From NCBI GenBank assembly GCA_033549025.1, contig JAWSUS010000001.1, forward strand, positions 203,685-267,684: 64,000 nt of DNA, read 5' to 3'. A model generated the notes under the pieces. That model saw only the letters and a program-made list of their open reading frames with translations. It was not told where the DNA came from and made no database searches. Origin of the DNA: Desulfuromonadales bacterium. Its GTDB lineage: Bacteria; Desulfobacterota; Desulfuromonadia; Desulfuromonadales; SZUA-540. Both the position numbers and the translations under genes were made by a program. This document shows, piece after piece, positions 50,253-59,981 of this stretch. How positions within the stretch are numbered: position 1 is the stretch's first letter; every line of letters begins with the position of its first letter.

Positions 50253-50612
50253 CTATTGAAGGGCTTCCAGAAACCTGGGCGCCTCTTTCATAAGGAGATA
50301 GCGTCCTTTGCCAAAGTTGCCATCAGACCCAACCGTCAGCGCCACAAAATAATCCTGCCCCAGGGCGCGCAAAATGACATAAAACTGGGAAGTCCTGATG
50401 GCCACTTCTTCCATGGCCCCGGTGCCAAGCACTTCAATGGTTTTCCTGATGTCTTTCAGGATATTGGCATATTCGACGGAAACGAGTTGCAGGTCGACAT
50501 CGTCAAGGGGCAGAAAATACTGGTCGATGGCGATGCCGTCATAGCCCATCAGGACGGCGCCCACGCCGCCAGGAGTCTTCTCCACGATTCCCTGCAGCAT
50601 TTCAGCGAACAT
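50253..50612 (-). CDS. mglC: Roadblock/LC7 domain protein, MglC-like
   Basis: MGYDGI, VEYAN, DYF, DGNFGKGRY match my recollection of Myxococcus MglC; lies between pilQ and accB. Confidence 0.7.
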   Translation of the reverse strand: MFAEMLQGIVEKTPGGVGAVLMGYDGIAIDQYFLPLDDVDLQLVSVEYANILKDIRKTIEVLGTGAMEEVAIRTSQFYVILRALGQDYFVALTVGSDGNFGKGRYLLMKEAPRFLEALQ

Positions 50613-51474
50613 CCATTTTCCTCCTGTAAATCGATTCCAGCCAGCCGTTCAGGACCGTGAGCAAATCGGGACGCGGCGAAGGCTCGACCGATGGGGGTGA
50701 TATAAGATTCTCCACCTCGGGCGGAACGGCAGGGGTAAGCGAAGTATCCTTCAAAGGCGGCGTTAGGGCAGCCTTTTCGGCAGCGCCCCCCTCAGTCTCC
50801 AGAATGCGTTGTTGCAGATCGGTGAGCTTCTGCTTGACAACCGTATTCTGGGGGTCTGCCCGCAACAGGTCCCGATAGACCTTCAGGGCCCGCTGCAAAA
50901 ATCCCTGCCGAATATAAATTTCGGCGATAGTAGCAGTGGTGATCGGCTCAGCTGCCCTATCAGCTGTGTTTTCAAGAGCTTCGGAAGGTTCAGGGGCGGC
51001 GGGGGATACACCGGGCGAAGGGCCAATTCCGGCTGGTTGTGCCTCCCCCCCTTTTGCTGTCCGTTCTGTCGGCTGCGCTTTGATGGCCTCATCCTCTGCG
51101 GTCAGAGCGGCTGCTTTTCGCTGCCACTGCAGAGCCAGCTCCTGCTCCCCCAAGAGTCGGCAGGTCCGGGCGAGTTCATTGATCGCTTGGATGTTTTCAG
51201 GTTCGAGGGTCAAAGCTTTTTCAAAAGCTTGCCGCGCATCGGCCAATAATCCCTTCTCGACCTGAATACGCCCCAGGGCAAGAAACCCGCCAGGATACAG
51301 GGGTTGAGAAAGGGTACCCTGCAGGGCGATATCGAGCGCGTCATCGAGCAAACCCATGCTTCGGTACGCCTCGGCCAAGGGCACAAAGACCGTGGATTTC
51401 GGGTCACGAGACAGAATTTCAGTGTAGGAAGCGATTTTTCCAAGAAGGGTGGAGGCGGGAGAGCTGTTTGACAT
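50602..51474 (-). CDS. TPR protein
   Basis: DPKSTVFVPLAEAYR TPRs; TATIAEIYIRQG; C-terminal LNGWLESI. Confidence 0.8.
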   Translation of the reverse strand: MSNSSPASTLLGKIASYTEILSRDPKSTVFVPLAEAYRSMGLLDDALDIALQGTLSQPLYPGGFLALGRIQVEKGLLADARQAFEKALTLEPENIQAINELARTCRLLGEQELALQWQRKAAALTAEDEAIKAQPTERTAKGGEAQPAGIGPSPGVSPAAPEPSEALENTADRAAEPITTATIAEIYIRQGFLQRALKVYRDLLRADPQNTVVKQKLTDLQQRILETEGGAAEKAALTPPLKDTSLTPAVPPEVENLISPPSVEPSPRPDLLTVLNGWLESIYRRKMDVR

Positions 51475-51483
51475 GCGCGATAC

Positions 51484-52578
51484 CTAACCTTCTGACAAGT
51501 TATGCAAAAGAGGGGCGAAAAGGGCCTCCGGGTCAGGAACATCTCTAACCAGACAGTCCCCGATTCCCTTGTTGAGCACCATGCGCAGAACCCCCTGCTT
51601 GACTTTCTTGTCCCGTCCCATGGCCTGCAGATATTGTTCAATTGAAAACGATGGGAAGGAAACCGGCAGCCTGAAGCCAACCAACAGGTTTTTGATGGCC
51701 TGCACATCCTGACGGGTGCAGAGCCCAAGAGACATGGCAACCTCGGACGCGAATGCCATTCCGATCGAAACCGCCTCTCCATGGCGAAAGGTGCCATACC
51801 CGGTCAGCGTCTCAACCGCGTGTCCAAACGTGTGTCCAAAATTGAGTATAGCCCTTAAGGAGCTTTCTTTTTCATCAACTTCTACAACATCCGCCTTGAT
51901 TTGGCAAGACATCTTTACCGCGTGGATAAGCGCCTGAGGGTCCTGTTTTAAAAGCCTGCCCCCGTGAGAACAGAGCCATTCAAAAAACGTGTCATCACGG
52001 ATGATGCCATACTTGACAACCTCGGCCAGCCCTGCGGAGAATTCACGTTCAGGCAAGGAAGCCAGAGTTTCCACATCAATATGAACGTGGACGGGTTGAT
52101 AGAAAGCCCCGATCAGATTTTTACCAAGGGGGTGATTGATCGCCGTTTTCCCCCCGACAGAACTGTCAACCTGCGACAGCAGCGTGGTTGGAACCTGCAC
52201 GAATGGAACTCCGCGAAGAAAGGTGGCGGCGGCAAAGCCAGTAATATCACCGATGACCCCTCCCCCAAGCGCCAGCAGTCCCGAAGAGCGGTCGAAACGC
52301 TTTTCGATAAGCGCATCATAGATTTGCTGCAACGAAGAGAAATTCTTAAATTCTTCCCCATCGTCAATAAGGATCGTAGTGGGTGAGAAATTGTGGGTCG
52401 TCAGGATCTCCTCAACACGCTGTCCGTATAATCCATGTACAGTCGGATTGCTGATAACAGCGACTTTCCGCGGGAAGGAAGCCGCGGCTAGGGCCACACC
52501 TAATTGGTCAAGAATTCCCTGACCGACCCAGATCGGATAGCTTCGCTCCCCAAGACCAACGACAATTTTTTCAGGCAC
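51484..52578 (-). CDS. aroB: 3-dehydroquinate synthase
   Basis: GGGVIGD, PTTLLSQVDSSVGGKT, LNFGHTFGHA, HGEAV, DKK; GTG start. Confidence 0.96.
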   Translation of the reverse strand: MPEKIVVGLGERSYPIWVGQGILDQLGVALAAASFPRKVAVISNPTVHGLYGQRVEEILTTHNFSPTTILIDDGEEFKNFSSLQQIYDALIEKRFDRSSGLLALGGGVIGDITGFAAATFLRGVPFVQVPTTLLSQVDSSVGGKTAINHPLGKNLIGAFYQPVHVHIDVETLASLPEREFSAGLAEVVKYGIIRDDTFFEWLCSHGGRLLKQDPQALIHAVKMSCQIKADVVEVDEKESSLRAILNFGHTFGHAVETLTGYGTFRHGEAVSIGMAFASEVAMSLGLCTRQDVQAIKNLLVGFRLPVSFPSFSIEQYLQAMGRDKKVKQGVLRMVLNKGIGDCLVRDVPDPEALFAPLLHNLSEG

Positions 52579-53116
52579 GATGAGTCTCCCCTGAGAGCAT
52601 CTCAACAATGGTAAGTGCTACTTCAGATGGCTCTTGATTCTTCACAGCCACCCGAAGATCGGCTTGTTCGTACAACGGCTGTCTTTGGGCAAAAAGAGCC
52701 TGTACGTTTTCGAGGTCTTTACCGGTGACGAGGGGGCGGTCAGGGCAATCGGCTATCCTGGAAACAATGGTTTCCCAGTCATTTTCAAGATAAACGACCG
52801 TACCCAAACGACGCATCACGTCCCAGTTCCTGGCGCGACCCACTATACCGCCGCCGGTAGCCACAACACAATGCGTTCTTTGCGTCATCGCCTCCAGGGC
52901 TTCACTTTCAAGCGTCCTGAAATACTCTTCGCCTTTGATGGCAAATATATTTTTGATCGAAGTTTTGGCTCTTTCTTCAATCCAGTGATCCAGATCGACA
53001 AATTCACGTCCGGTTAAAGCTGCTAACACCCGACCAACGGTAGTTTTTCCTGCCCCCATAAAACCGACGAGAATAAGATGGTCAGATTTTTCGTAGGATA
53101 TACGGTTTTCTGTCAT
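52571..53116 (-). CDS. aroK: Shikimate kinase
   Basis: GFMGAGKTTVG, GEEYFR, ATGGG, RPL, R.PLY. Confidence 0.95.
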   Translation of the reverse strand: MTENRISYEKSDHLILVGFMGAGKTTVGRVLAALTGREFVDLDHWIEERAKTSIKNIFAIKGEEYFRTLESEALEAMTQRTHCVVATGGGIVGRARNWDVMRRLGTVVYLENDWETIVSRIADCPDRPLVTGKDLENVQALFAQRQPLYEQADLRVAVKNQEPSEVALTIVEMLSGETHRA

Positions 53117-53150
53117 GGGTTTCTTCGGTTCTCTTCCTGGCCTGCGCTCT

Positions 53151-53188
53151 ATGCAAAAAAGGACAGGTTACCCTGTCCTTTTTTGCAT
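53151..53188. terminator. Terminator-like hairpin after pilQ
   Basis: Perfect 17-bp inverted repeat ATGCAAAAAAGGACAGG-TTAC-CCTGTCCTTTTTTGCAT. Confidence 0.85.
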
Positions 53189-53206
53189 CATCTGAACTAA
53201 TTTTTA

Positions 53207-55828
53207 CTATTCGGAAATAATCCTCGGCGTAATAAAGACCAACAGTTCACGACGGTCATTGGACTTGTTGGTTGACTTGAACAAATGGCCCAATACAGGG
53301 ATGTGCATGAGAATCGGCACCCCTTGCGTGCTATAAGCTTCATTTTCAACGAAAATCCCGCCCAGTACCGTGGTCTCACCATCCTTGAGAAGTAGTTTGG
53401 TCTCCGCCTCTTTTTTGTCGATAGCAGGAGCAGTCGCGCCGGCGACCGTCGTCGGCGTGTTGTTGGAGGCCTTGATTTCCAGAATCACGGTATTGTCAGG
53501 GTTGATGATCGGCTTGACTTCCAATTCCAGGGTCGCATCGACGAACTCAGTCTTGGTTCCTGCATCACTGATCGACTGATAGGGTATCTGGGTTCCCTGA
53601 GAGATCGTAGCTTCCTCACCATTTAGGGTCGTTACCCGCGGCTTGGAAATAACCTTGCTCTGCCCCCGTGTTTCAGAGGCCGCCAGGCGCAGGTCCAGGA
53701 TAGTAGAATCAATACCCACATTGCCGAAGCGGATGCTGCCGCCAAGGCCAGGCGTCCCAACGGTGGAGGGGAGCAAGAAGCTGCCGCCGCCGGCCAATCC
53801 GCCAAGGGTCGGATCCAGGTAAGGATCGCCATCTCCACTGTAGGTGATTCCCCAATTGATACCCAGGTCGCGGCCAAAATTGGAGTTGGCCTCGACTATC
53901 CGGGCCTCGATCATGACCTGCTTCTCGGGTGTATCGAGGATCTTGACGAGTTTTCTCACTTCAGCGATGCGCGAGGCGATGTCACTGACGATAATCTGCT
54001 TGTTACGGGCATCTTCAGTGATTTTGCCGCGCTCGGTGAGCAATTCACGAGCGGGAGCTGAGACGTTTTTCAGATCGGTGTAGCTGACGCTAATCACTTC
54101 CGTCACCAGGTCTTCCAATTGTTCCTTGGTGCGGGCTGCAGTCAGCTTGGCTTCATCCATGGAGCGGATTTTCTCCTTGGGCAAAACGCGGACTACGTTA
54201 CCTTCCTGAATCATGCCCAATTCCTTGATTTCAAGGACGAGATCCAGAGCCTGATCCCAAGGCACATCGATAAGGCGCAGACTGATGTTACCCTTAACCT
54301 CTTCACTGACAATGATGTTCTGGTTGCTCACCTCGGCAATCAACTGCAGAATCTTGCGAATATCGGCATCATCAAAAACCAGGGTCACCTTCTCCCCAGT
54401 ATACTGAGGCTTGGCGACGGGAGTCAGGGTCGTTGGGCTTTCCTCAGACGCGTCAGAGTCCTGAGCCGATACAGTACCACTTTCAATCGGGGCGGCTACC
54501 GCGGTAACCGCGGGAGCTTGTTCCTGGGCTGGTACCGCGAGGCTCACGGTTTCAAGGGGTGCGGGAGCTGCTTCAGCATAGCGGCCATCCTGCACAATGA
54601 ACCGAACCTGATTGCCTTCCGTCTTCAGTTCATAGGGAACGGAACCTTTGAGTTCAGCGGCGAAACGAACGGTCTGACCGGCCTTTTCCTGTACCGTATA
54701 AGGCGTAATGAGCTTGACGGCACTAGGGAAGGCAGAAGCGTCAAAGACGCGACGCAGACTGCGACTGATATTGGCGTTTTTGACATCAAAAGAAACGATA
54801 TTCCCCTTTTTCACAGGCTTGCCGACGGTGGCAGCATGGGAAAGGCTGACCGTGAAGACGGATTGGCCATTTTCCGCACTGAAATCCAGAGCCTCAACAT
54901 CAACAGCGTTTGAAGAGGCATCGACAACCGGTGTCGAAGCCGAAGTCGCGGCGGCAACGGGAGCGGGGCTATCTTTCTTAACCTGCTCGCCGGACGTCCA
55001 GGTCACCAACACCTTGTCCTGTTCACTGTCGACGGTAAAATCCGGCAGTGCGGCACTGGAAGCGTCAAAGACGAAACGGGTTTTGTCCGGATAGTTGCCG
55101 ACCCTTATCTTGTCAAACCCATTCTGGGCCATGAAGGACTTCTCCGTAAAGGCTGGCTTTACCCCGAGAAGATCGACAACCAGGCGAGAGGGCGACTTCA
55201 GTGTGAAGTACTTAAATGAAGGCTCACCCGAAGTCAAGCTGAAAGCCGCTTTACCGGGGGTTACATTCACGGCGGAGATTACCTTGCCTGCAACAGCAAT
55301 TTTCGGTGCCGGTTCAGCGGCCTTCTTAACGGCAGGAGCAGGTGCCGCAGCAGTAGCCGTGGCAGTAACTGGCTTCGACTCGGCCGCGCCGCGGAACGTC
55401 AGGGTAAAGCGCTCTTTGACCAGCGACACATCATAGGCCGAGGGCTTGGAGAGAACCAACTCAACACGCCCCAGTTTGCCGGAAGGAAGTTCGGTGGTAG
55501 AGGCTTTGATTTCCTGTAGAGGGGACTGATTGACGGCTGTCAGGGGAGAAACCGCCGACACATCCATCCCAGGAAAGTCGATGACCACCCGAACTGGGTC
55601 GAAAGACTCGTAAACCGTGTACCGGTATTCTACGGGTTTTTCCGTCACCAACCCTACTACCGGCAAACCATTGGCTTCCTGAACCTGAATCTCGACCAGT
55701 CGGTTAGTCGAGGTTTTGGCCGGACTGTCAGCCGCCCCGGCGTATCCAGCCAAAACAAAAGTGGATACAAGAACAGCAAGTATGCTCACCCTGCCCAAAA
55801 ACAAACCACCAAATGACATACGCTTCAT
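53207..55828 (-). CDS. pilQ: Type IV pilus secretin with AMIN domains
   Basis: AMIN-like P.R.V.D repeats, YTGEKVTL, VPWDQALD, QVMIEARIVE, ELLVFITPRI. Confidence 0.95.
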   Translation of the reverse strand: MKRMSFGGLFLGRVSILAVLVSTFVLAGYAGAADSPAKTSTNRLVEIQVQEANGLPVVGLVTEKPVEYRYTVYESFDPVRVVIDFPGMDVSAVSPLTAVNQSPLQEIKASTTELPSGKLGRVELVLSKPSAYDVSLVKERFTLTFRGAAESKPVTATATAAAPAPAVKKAAEPAPKIAVAGKVISAVNVTPGKAAFSLTSGEPSFKYFTLKSPSRLVVDLLGVKPAFTEKSFMAQNGFDKIRVGNYPDKTRFVFDASSAALPDFTVDSEQDKVLVTWTSGEQVKKDSPAPVAAATSASTPVVDASSNAVDVEALDFSAENGQSVFTVSLSHAATVGKPVKKGNIVSFDVKNANISRSLRRVFDASAFPSAVKLITPYTVQEKAGQTVRFAAELKGSVPYELKTEGNQVRFIVQDGRYAEAAPAPLETVSLAVPAQEQAPAVTAVAAPIESGTVSAQDSDASEESPTTLTPVAKPQYTGEKVTLVFDDADIRKILQLIAEVSNQNIIVSEEVKGNISLRLIDVPWDQALDLVLEIKELGMIQEGNVVRVLPKEKIRSMDEAKLTAARTKEQLEDLVTEVISVSYTDLKNVSAPARELLTERGKITEDARNKQIIVSDIASRIAEVRKLVKILDTPEKQVMIEARIVEANSNFGRDLGINWGITYSGDGDPYLDPTLGGLAGGGSFLLPSTVGTPGLGGSIRFGNVGIDSTILDLRLAASETRGQSKVISKPRVTTLNGEEATISQGTQIPYQSISDAGTKTEFVDATLELEVKPIINPDNTVILEIKASNNTPTTVAGATAPAIDKKEAETKLLLKDGETTVLGGIFVENEAYSTQGVPILMHIPVLGHLFKSTNKSNDRRELLVFITPRIISE

Positions 55829-55832
55829 ATCG

Positions 55833-56363
55833 CTAGACTCCTTCCCGCTGCGGAAGTTGGATTTTTTGAATACTTTGCTGTTCCTGACCCATCATGTCCC
55901 GATAGGTTTCGCGAACCAAGACGGCGTCTTTCTCGACCAGAGTCACCACACCGCCACTGCGACCTACCTTGACACCTCTTTTAAGAATATACGATTTCTG
56001 GTCAGGGGCGATGACCATGGCCACAGGGTCCCCCTTTCCAAGAATAATTCCGATCAATTTAAGTTGGGACAGATCAAATTTTTGAAGAGGGGTCAACTGT
56101 TCCGGCTCGGGCATGGAAGCCCTCCTGACCTGAACGACCGGTTGAAAGGGATCCCTCTTTCCTTCGGCTTTATAGACATAGGGGGGGACTGCCTTGACTT
56201 CCTCAGCGGCAGCGGCTTCTTCTTTGGGTTGTACCGGGGCCTTGGCAACAGGTTTACTAATCTTGGGCACGGTCGTCGGCATATTGCTATCAGAACCGCA
56301 TCCGCTAAGGGATCCCACAACCAGCACCATGGTGAGCATTGGCAAAAATAGTCTGCGCATCAT
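55833..56363 (-). CDS. pilP: Pilus assembly lipoprotein PilP
   Basis: Lipobox LSGC, KRDPF, PLQKFDLSQLKLIGI. Confidence 0.93.
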   Translation of the reverse strand: MMRRLFLPMLTMVLVVGSLSGCGSDSNMPTTVPKISKPVAKAPVQPKEEAAAAEEVKAVPPYVYKAEGKRDPFQPVVQVRRASMPEPEQLTPLQKFDLSQLKLIGIILGKGDPVAMVIAPDQKSYILKRGVKVGRSGGVVTLVEKDAVLVRETYRDMMGQEQQSIQKIQLPQREGV

Positions 56364-56365
56364 GT

Positions 56366-56971
56366 CTATTTCCTCTTCGTATTGGCGGGTTGCGCGGCGG
56401 GCTGATCGACAAATCGGAACGTTGTCGCCATGCAGTCGACCGACAGAATCGTGTCGTCCGAGTCCTTGCTTTTCCCCGCAGAAAGCTTCAGGTTGCCGAT
56501 ATTGACAATACGGGGCAGCTGACCCACTTCGTAGAAGAAAGAAGCGACCTGGTGAAATGACCCAACGAGCTTGAGCTCTACCGGTACGTCGGCATAGAAA
56601 CCGCGCGGCACTTCATTGCCCGGCTTGAACCTCAACACCTCCAATCCCTCGTCGTTGGCCAGCGAGGCGATACTCGACAGGAGGCTGGGGATTTCTTTCT
56701 GGTTGGGCAACTGGGTCAAGGCGGCTTCGAGCTGTTCCGACATTTTCTCGAACTCGGCTTTAAACTGGGGAAGATTGTTGGCAATGCGCCGGTCTTCCTG
56801 CAGTTTGGTTTCAAGAGTCGCGCTTTTTCTCTGCAGATTACGAAGTTCTTCCTGCTTGGGAAGATAAAGCAGATAGACAAAAAGACCAACAATGATCGCC
56901 ACCAGTCCAGCCAAAATAAGGATGCGCTGGTAAAGGGGCAATTTCAGAAGTTTTTCAACACGAGGATTCAT
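56366..56971 (-). CDS. pilO: Pilus assembly protein PilO
   Basis: TM, LPNQKEIPSLL, FYADVPV, GSFHQ, LPRIVNI. Confidence 0.94.
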   Translation of the reverse strand: MNPRVEKLLKLPLYQRILILAGLVAIIVGLFVYLLYLPKQEELRNLQRKSATLETKLQEDRRIANNLPQFKAEFEKMSEQLEAALTQLPNQKEIPSLLSSIASLANDEGLEVLRFKPGNEVPRGFYADVPVELKLVGSFHQVASFFYEVGQLPRIVNIGNLKLSAGKSKDSDDTILSVDCMATTFRFVDQPAAQPANTKRK

Positions 56972-56983
56972 GGTCAGGCCACC

Positions 56984-57550
56984 TCAATTTGTGGAAGGAG
57001 GGTTTTGGGCAGGCATTTGCGTCCGACAGGCAATTTCGAACTTATGCAATACGCTGTCCTTGTTGCGGGTCTGCTCCACAACCTTCAACTCGACATTTTG
57101 ATAATAGTCCGAAGATTCCAACTGTCGCATGAACTGGGCCACGGTCTCCTCGGTCAGGCTGATGCCGCTGATAGCGACACTGCCGCCCGTTTCCGAAAAA
57201 TTGACAATCCACATTTTTTCAGGAATGGACTGACTCAGTTCGTCGAGAAGCCTTACGGGCCCGGTTTTGCCGGCACTGAGCTTGTCCAGAATGTCCAGTT
57301 TTTCCCTAAGCTCTTCCTGGCGCTTCTTGAACTCGGCCACCTCGCCGATCTTCTTTTTCAACGAAGCAATTTCCGCCTCTTTTTGAGCAATGAGGGTCTT
57401 TTCATCACTGACCTTCGAGGACAGATTCATGTAGAGCCCACCACAGGCCAACAGCGCGAGGAGAAGAGTCACAGCAAGAACAGCCAACTGTCCCTTGACT
57501 ATCTCCTTCTTTCTGGTCGCTTTTACGGGTAACAGGTTGATCCGTATCAT
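56984..57550 (-). CDS. pilN: Pilus assembly protein PilN
   Basis: MIRINLLP, TM, coiled coil. Confidence 0.94.
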   Translation of the reverse strand: MIRINLLPVKATRKKEIVKGQLAVLAVTLLLALLACGGLYMNLSSKVSDEKTLIAQKEAEIASLKKKIGEVAEFKKRQEELREKLDILDKLSAGKTGPVRLLDELSQSIPEKMWIVNFSETGGSVAISGISLTEETVAQFMRQLESSDYYQNVELKVVEQTRNKDSVLHKFEIACRTQMPAQNPPSTN

Positions 57551-58605
57551 TTATCCCCCGCCCTCCTCATCGCCAGGCCAACCCCGACGGTAAACATCGG
57601 GCCGACATTCTGGATGTATTCAGGGTCAAATTCCTTGCTATCGACACCCATCAACTCAAATGGATTAAACACTTCCACAGAAATACCCAGCCGCTTTTCC
57701 AGCATCCCCTTGACGCCAGGCGTTTGGGAAACACCACCTGTGATAAAGACTTTGTGAACCTTTTCATCAGCCGACGTCGCCGAGAAGAAGTCGAGAGATC
57801 GCTGTACTTCCTGGGCCAGACTTTCCGTCGCTGTAGCCACAATTTCCTGAACGGAGTCCGAATCGGCGCCTTCCACCTCTTCGCCACGCTTGGCCCGTTC
57901 GCTATCTTCACTATTGAGACCAAGGCGCTTTTGAATTTCGTCGTTGACCATATTGCCGCCGACCTGAACATCCCGGGTAAAGACGGTGTTTCCGGCCTTG
58001 AGGATGTTGACATTCATGGCGCTGGCCCCCATGTTGATCAGGGCAACCACCTCTTCATCTTCAACCCCCAGGCAGGACTCAAAAGCATTCTCGAGGGCAA
58101 AACAATCGACATCCATGACAACCGGCGTCAAGCCGCACTCGTTGAAGACCGCGACATAGTCGTTGACCATATCCTTCTTGGCCGCCACCAAGGTAACATT
58201 CATCACGGAAGGATCGTTCGCATCCGGCCCCAGGATATGAAAATCGAGATTTACCTCGGAGACCTCGAAGGGAATATACTGCTCGGCTTCCCATTGAATC
58301 GAAGCCTCCAGTTCATCTTCGGTCATAAGAGGCAGCTGTATCTTACGGATGATGACCGAATGACCGGACACCGAAGTAGCGACATTTTTTGTCTTGATCT
58401 TGAGGCTTTCCACCAGACCGCGAATGGCGTCCGCCAGAGCGGCAGAGTCCATAATGGCGTTGTCGACTATAACCTCGGTAGGCAATTCGGTCATGCCGAA
58501 AGTCACGAGGTGATACCTCCCCTTGGACTCCCGCAGCTGCACCAGCTTGACAGAACTGGAGCCGATATCGACACCGATCAAATCCTTATTCGACTTGAAC
58601 AACAT
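57547..58605 (-). CDS. pilM: Pilus assembly protein PilM
   Basis: GVDIGSSSVK, EAEQYIPF, RSLDFF, TGG, GLAMR. Confidence 0.95.
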   Translation of the reverse strand: MLFKSNKDLIGVDIGSSSVKLVQLRESKGRYHLVTFGMTELPTEVIVDNAIMDSAALADAIRGLVESLKIKTKNVATSVSGHSVIIRKIQLPLMTEDELEASIQWEAEQYIPFEVSEVNLDFHILGPDANDPSVMNVTLVAAKKDMVNDYVAVFNECGLTPVVMDVDCFALENAFESCLGVEDEEVVALINMGASAMNVNILKAGNTVFTRDVQVGGNMVNDEIQKRLGLNSEDSERAKRGEEVEGADSDSVQEIVATATESLAQEVQRSLDFFSATSADEKVHKVFITGGVSQTPGVKGMLEKRLGISVEVFNPFELMGVDSKEFDPEYIQNVGPMFTVGVGLAMRRAGDK

Positions 58606-58689
58606 GAATTCATCCTCGCAAAAAGGTTGATTGACTGCTGATACTCTTTAAACCACCGACATAGAAAGCAAGGTATATGCCAGCGAATT

Positions 58690-58890
58690 TTAATCTTCAG
58701 GAAAGACCTTATCCTTCTCCGACAGGGGCAATCCCAGCGCCAGGATGATTTTACGCATGGTGGCCATGCGACATGCCTCCCCTCGCTCGATACGATCCAC
58801 CGTCAAAGGTGACACCCCGGCCTTCCGTGCCAGTTCTGCCTTGCTCATAAGCAGGGATTCACGAATATCCTTCACACGGTTTGCGGCCAT
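58690..58890 (-). CDS. XRE-family helix-turn-helix protein
   Basis: IRESLLMSKAELARKAGVSPLTVDRIERG; GGGGAG RBS. Confidence 0.88.
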   Translation of the reverse strand: MAANRVKDIRESLLMSKAELARKAGVSPLTVDRIERGEACRMATMRKIILALGLPLSEKDKVFPED

Positions 58891-58918
58891 CCAGAGTAAC
58901 TCCCCTTACACATAATTG

Positions 58919-58964
58919 TTATGCAAATTGTGCATAATTATATGTCAGTAAAAACACCTGTCAA
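58919..58964 (-). promoter_or_regulatory. Consensus sigma70 promoter with overlapping dyad for HTH-pilMNOPQ
   Basis: Minus strand TTGACA(58964-58959)-16 nt-TATAAT(58942-58937); TTATGCA-N5-TGCATAA at 58919-58937. Confidence 0.7.
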
Positions 58965-59097
58965 GAACTATATTTCTATAACATATTGTTTTTTATAGAT
59001 AATTACACCAAAAACACAAGATAAAGCAAAAGACACCCCACTGCATCACAAGATATAGGGGGCAATAATGACAATTTTTTCAGATAAGAAGGATGGA

Positions 59098-59874
59098 TCA
59101 GGCAAAAAGGGAGAGGTACCAGGAGAGGATTTCATATCCCCAGAAAAGACAAATCAAGGCCCCCAGTGCCAGGAATGGCCCGAAAGGGATGGCCAGACGA
59201 CTGTCGGCCTTCTGGATGAGCATGACCGGCACGCCCACCAGGGTACCGAGAAGGGAACTAAAGAAGATGACGGGGAAAACCGCTTTCCAGCCCAAAAAGG
59301 CGCCGATCATGGCCAGCAGTTTGATATCGCCGCCGCCCATGCCTTCCTTTTTGGTCAGCAGTTCGTAGAGAAAGGCCACCAGATACAGGCTGCCGCCGCC
59401 AATCAGAATACCCAGCAACGAGTCGGCCCAACTGAGCCAAGGGACGAAGAAGGTACATACGAAGCCGATGGGAATGCCCGGCAGACTGATCACATCGGGG
59501 ATGATCTGGTGGTCGAGGTCAATAAAAGTGATGACCACCAGCAGGGCGGCAAAGAGCCAGTAAACCAGCGTGGCGGCCTGCAGCTCGAAGGTCCACAGCA
59601 CCAGCAGGAAAAGCCCGCCGGTCAGGGCCTCAACGGCCGGGTAGCGCCAGGGGATAGGCGTTCTGCATGATGCACAGCGTCCACGCAAAAAAATCCAGCT
59701 TAGGATGGGAATATTCTGATACCAGCGAATGCCGGCACCGCATTGGGGACACCGTGAAGGCGGTGAAATCACCGACTCCCCCGCCGGAACGCGATATATA
59801 CATACATTGAGAAAAGAGCCGATGACGGCGCCGAGGATGAAAGCATAGATCAGGAGTTGTGCAGGAAGGGGCAT
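59098..59874 (-). CDS. pilD: Prepilin peptidase / N-methyltransferase
   Basis: GSFLNVCIYR, CPQC/CASC, IDLDHQIIPD, GMGGGDIK, IPFGPFL. Confidence 0.96.
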   Translation of the reverse strand: MPLPAQLLIYAFILGAVIGSFLNVCIYRVPAGESVISPPSRCPQCGAGIRWYQNIPILSWIFLRGRCASCRTPIPWRYPAVEALTGGLFLLVLWTFELQAATLVYWLFAALLVVITFIDLDHQIIPDVISLPGIPIGFVCTFFVPWLSWADSLLGILIGGGSLYLVAFLYELLTKKEGMGGGDIKLLAMIGAFLGWKAVFPVIFFSSLLGTLVGVPVMLIQKADSRLAIPFGPFLALGALICLFWGYEILSWYLSLFA

Positions 59875-59981
59875 TTAAAAAGCAGTCCTTTTGGATTAGC
59901 CTTAACATCCGCTTTGCAGCTACCCAACGCACGGAAATTCGATCTGCGTTGTCTTTGTAGCGGGACATGGGCCATTGGCCC

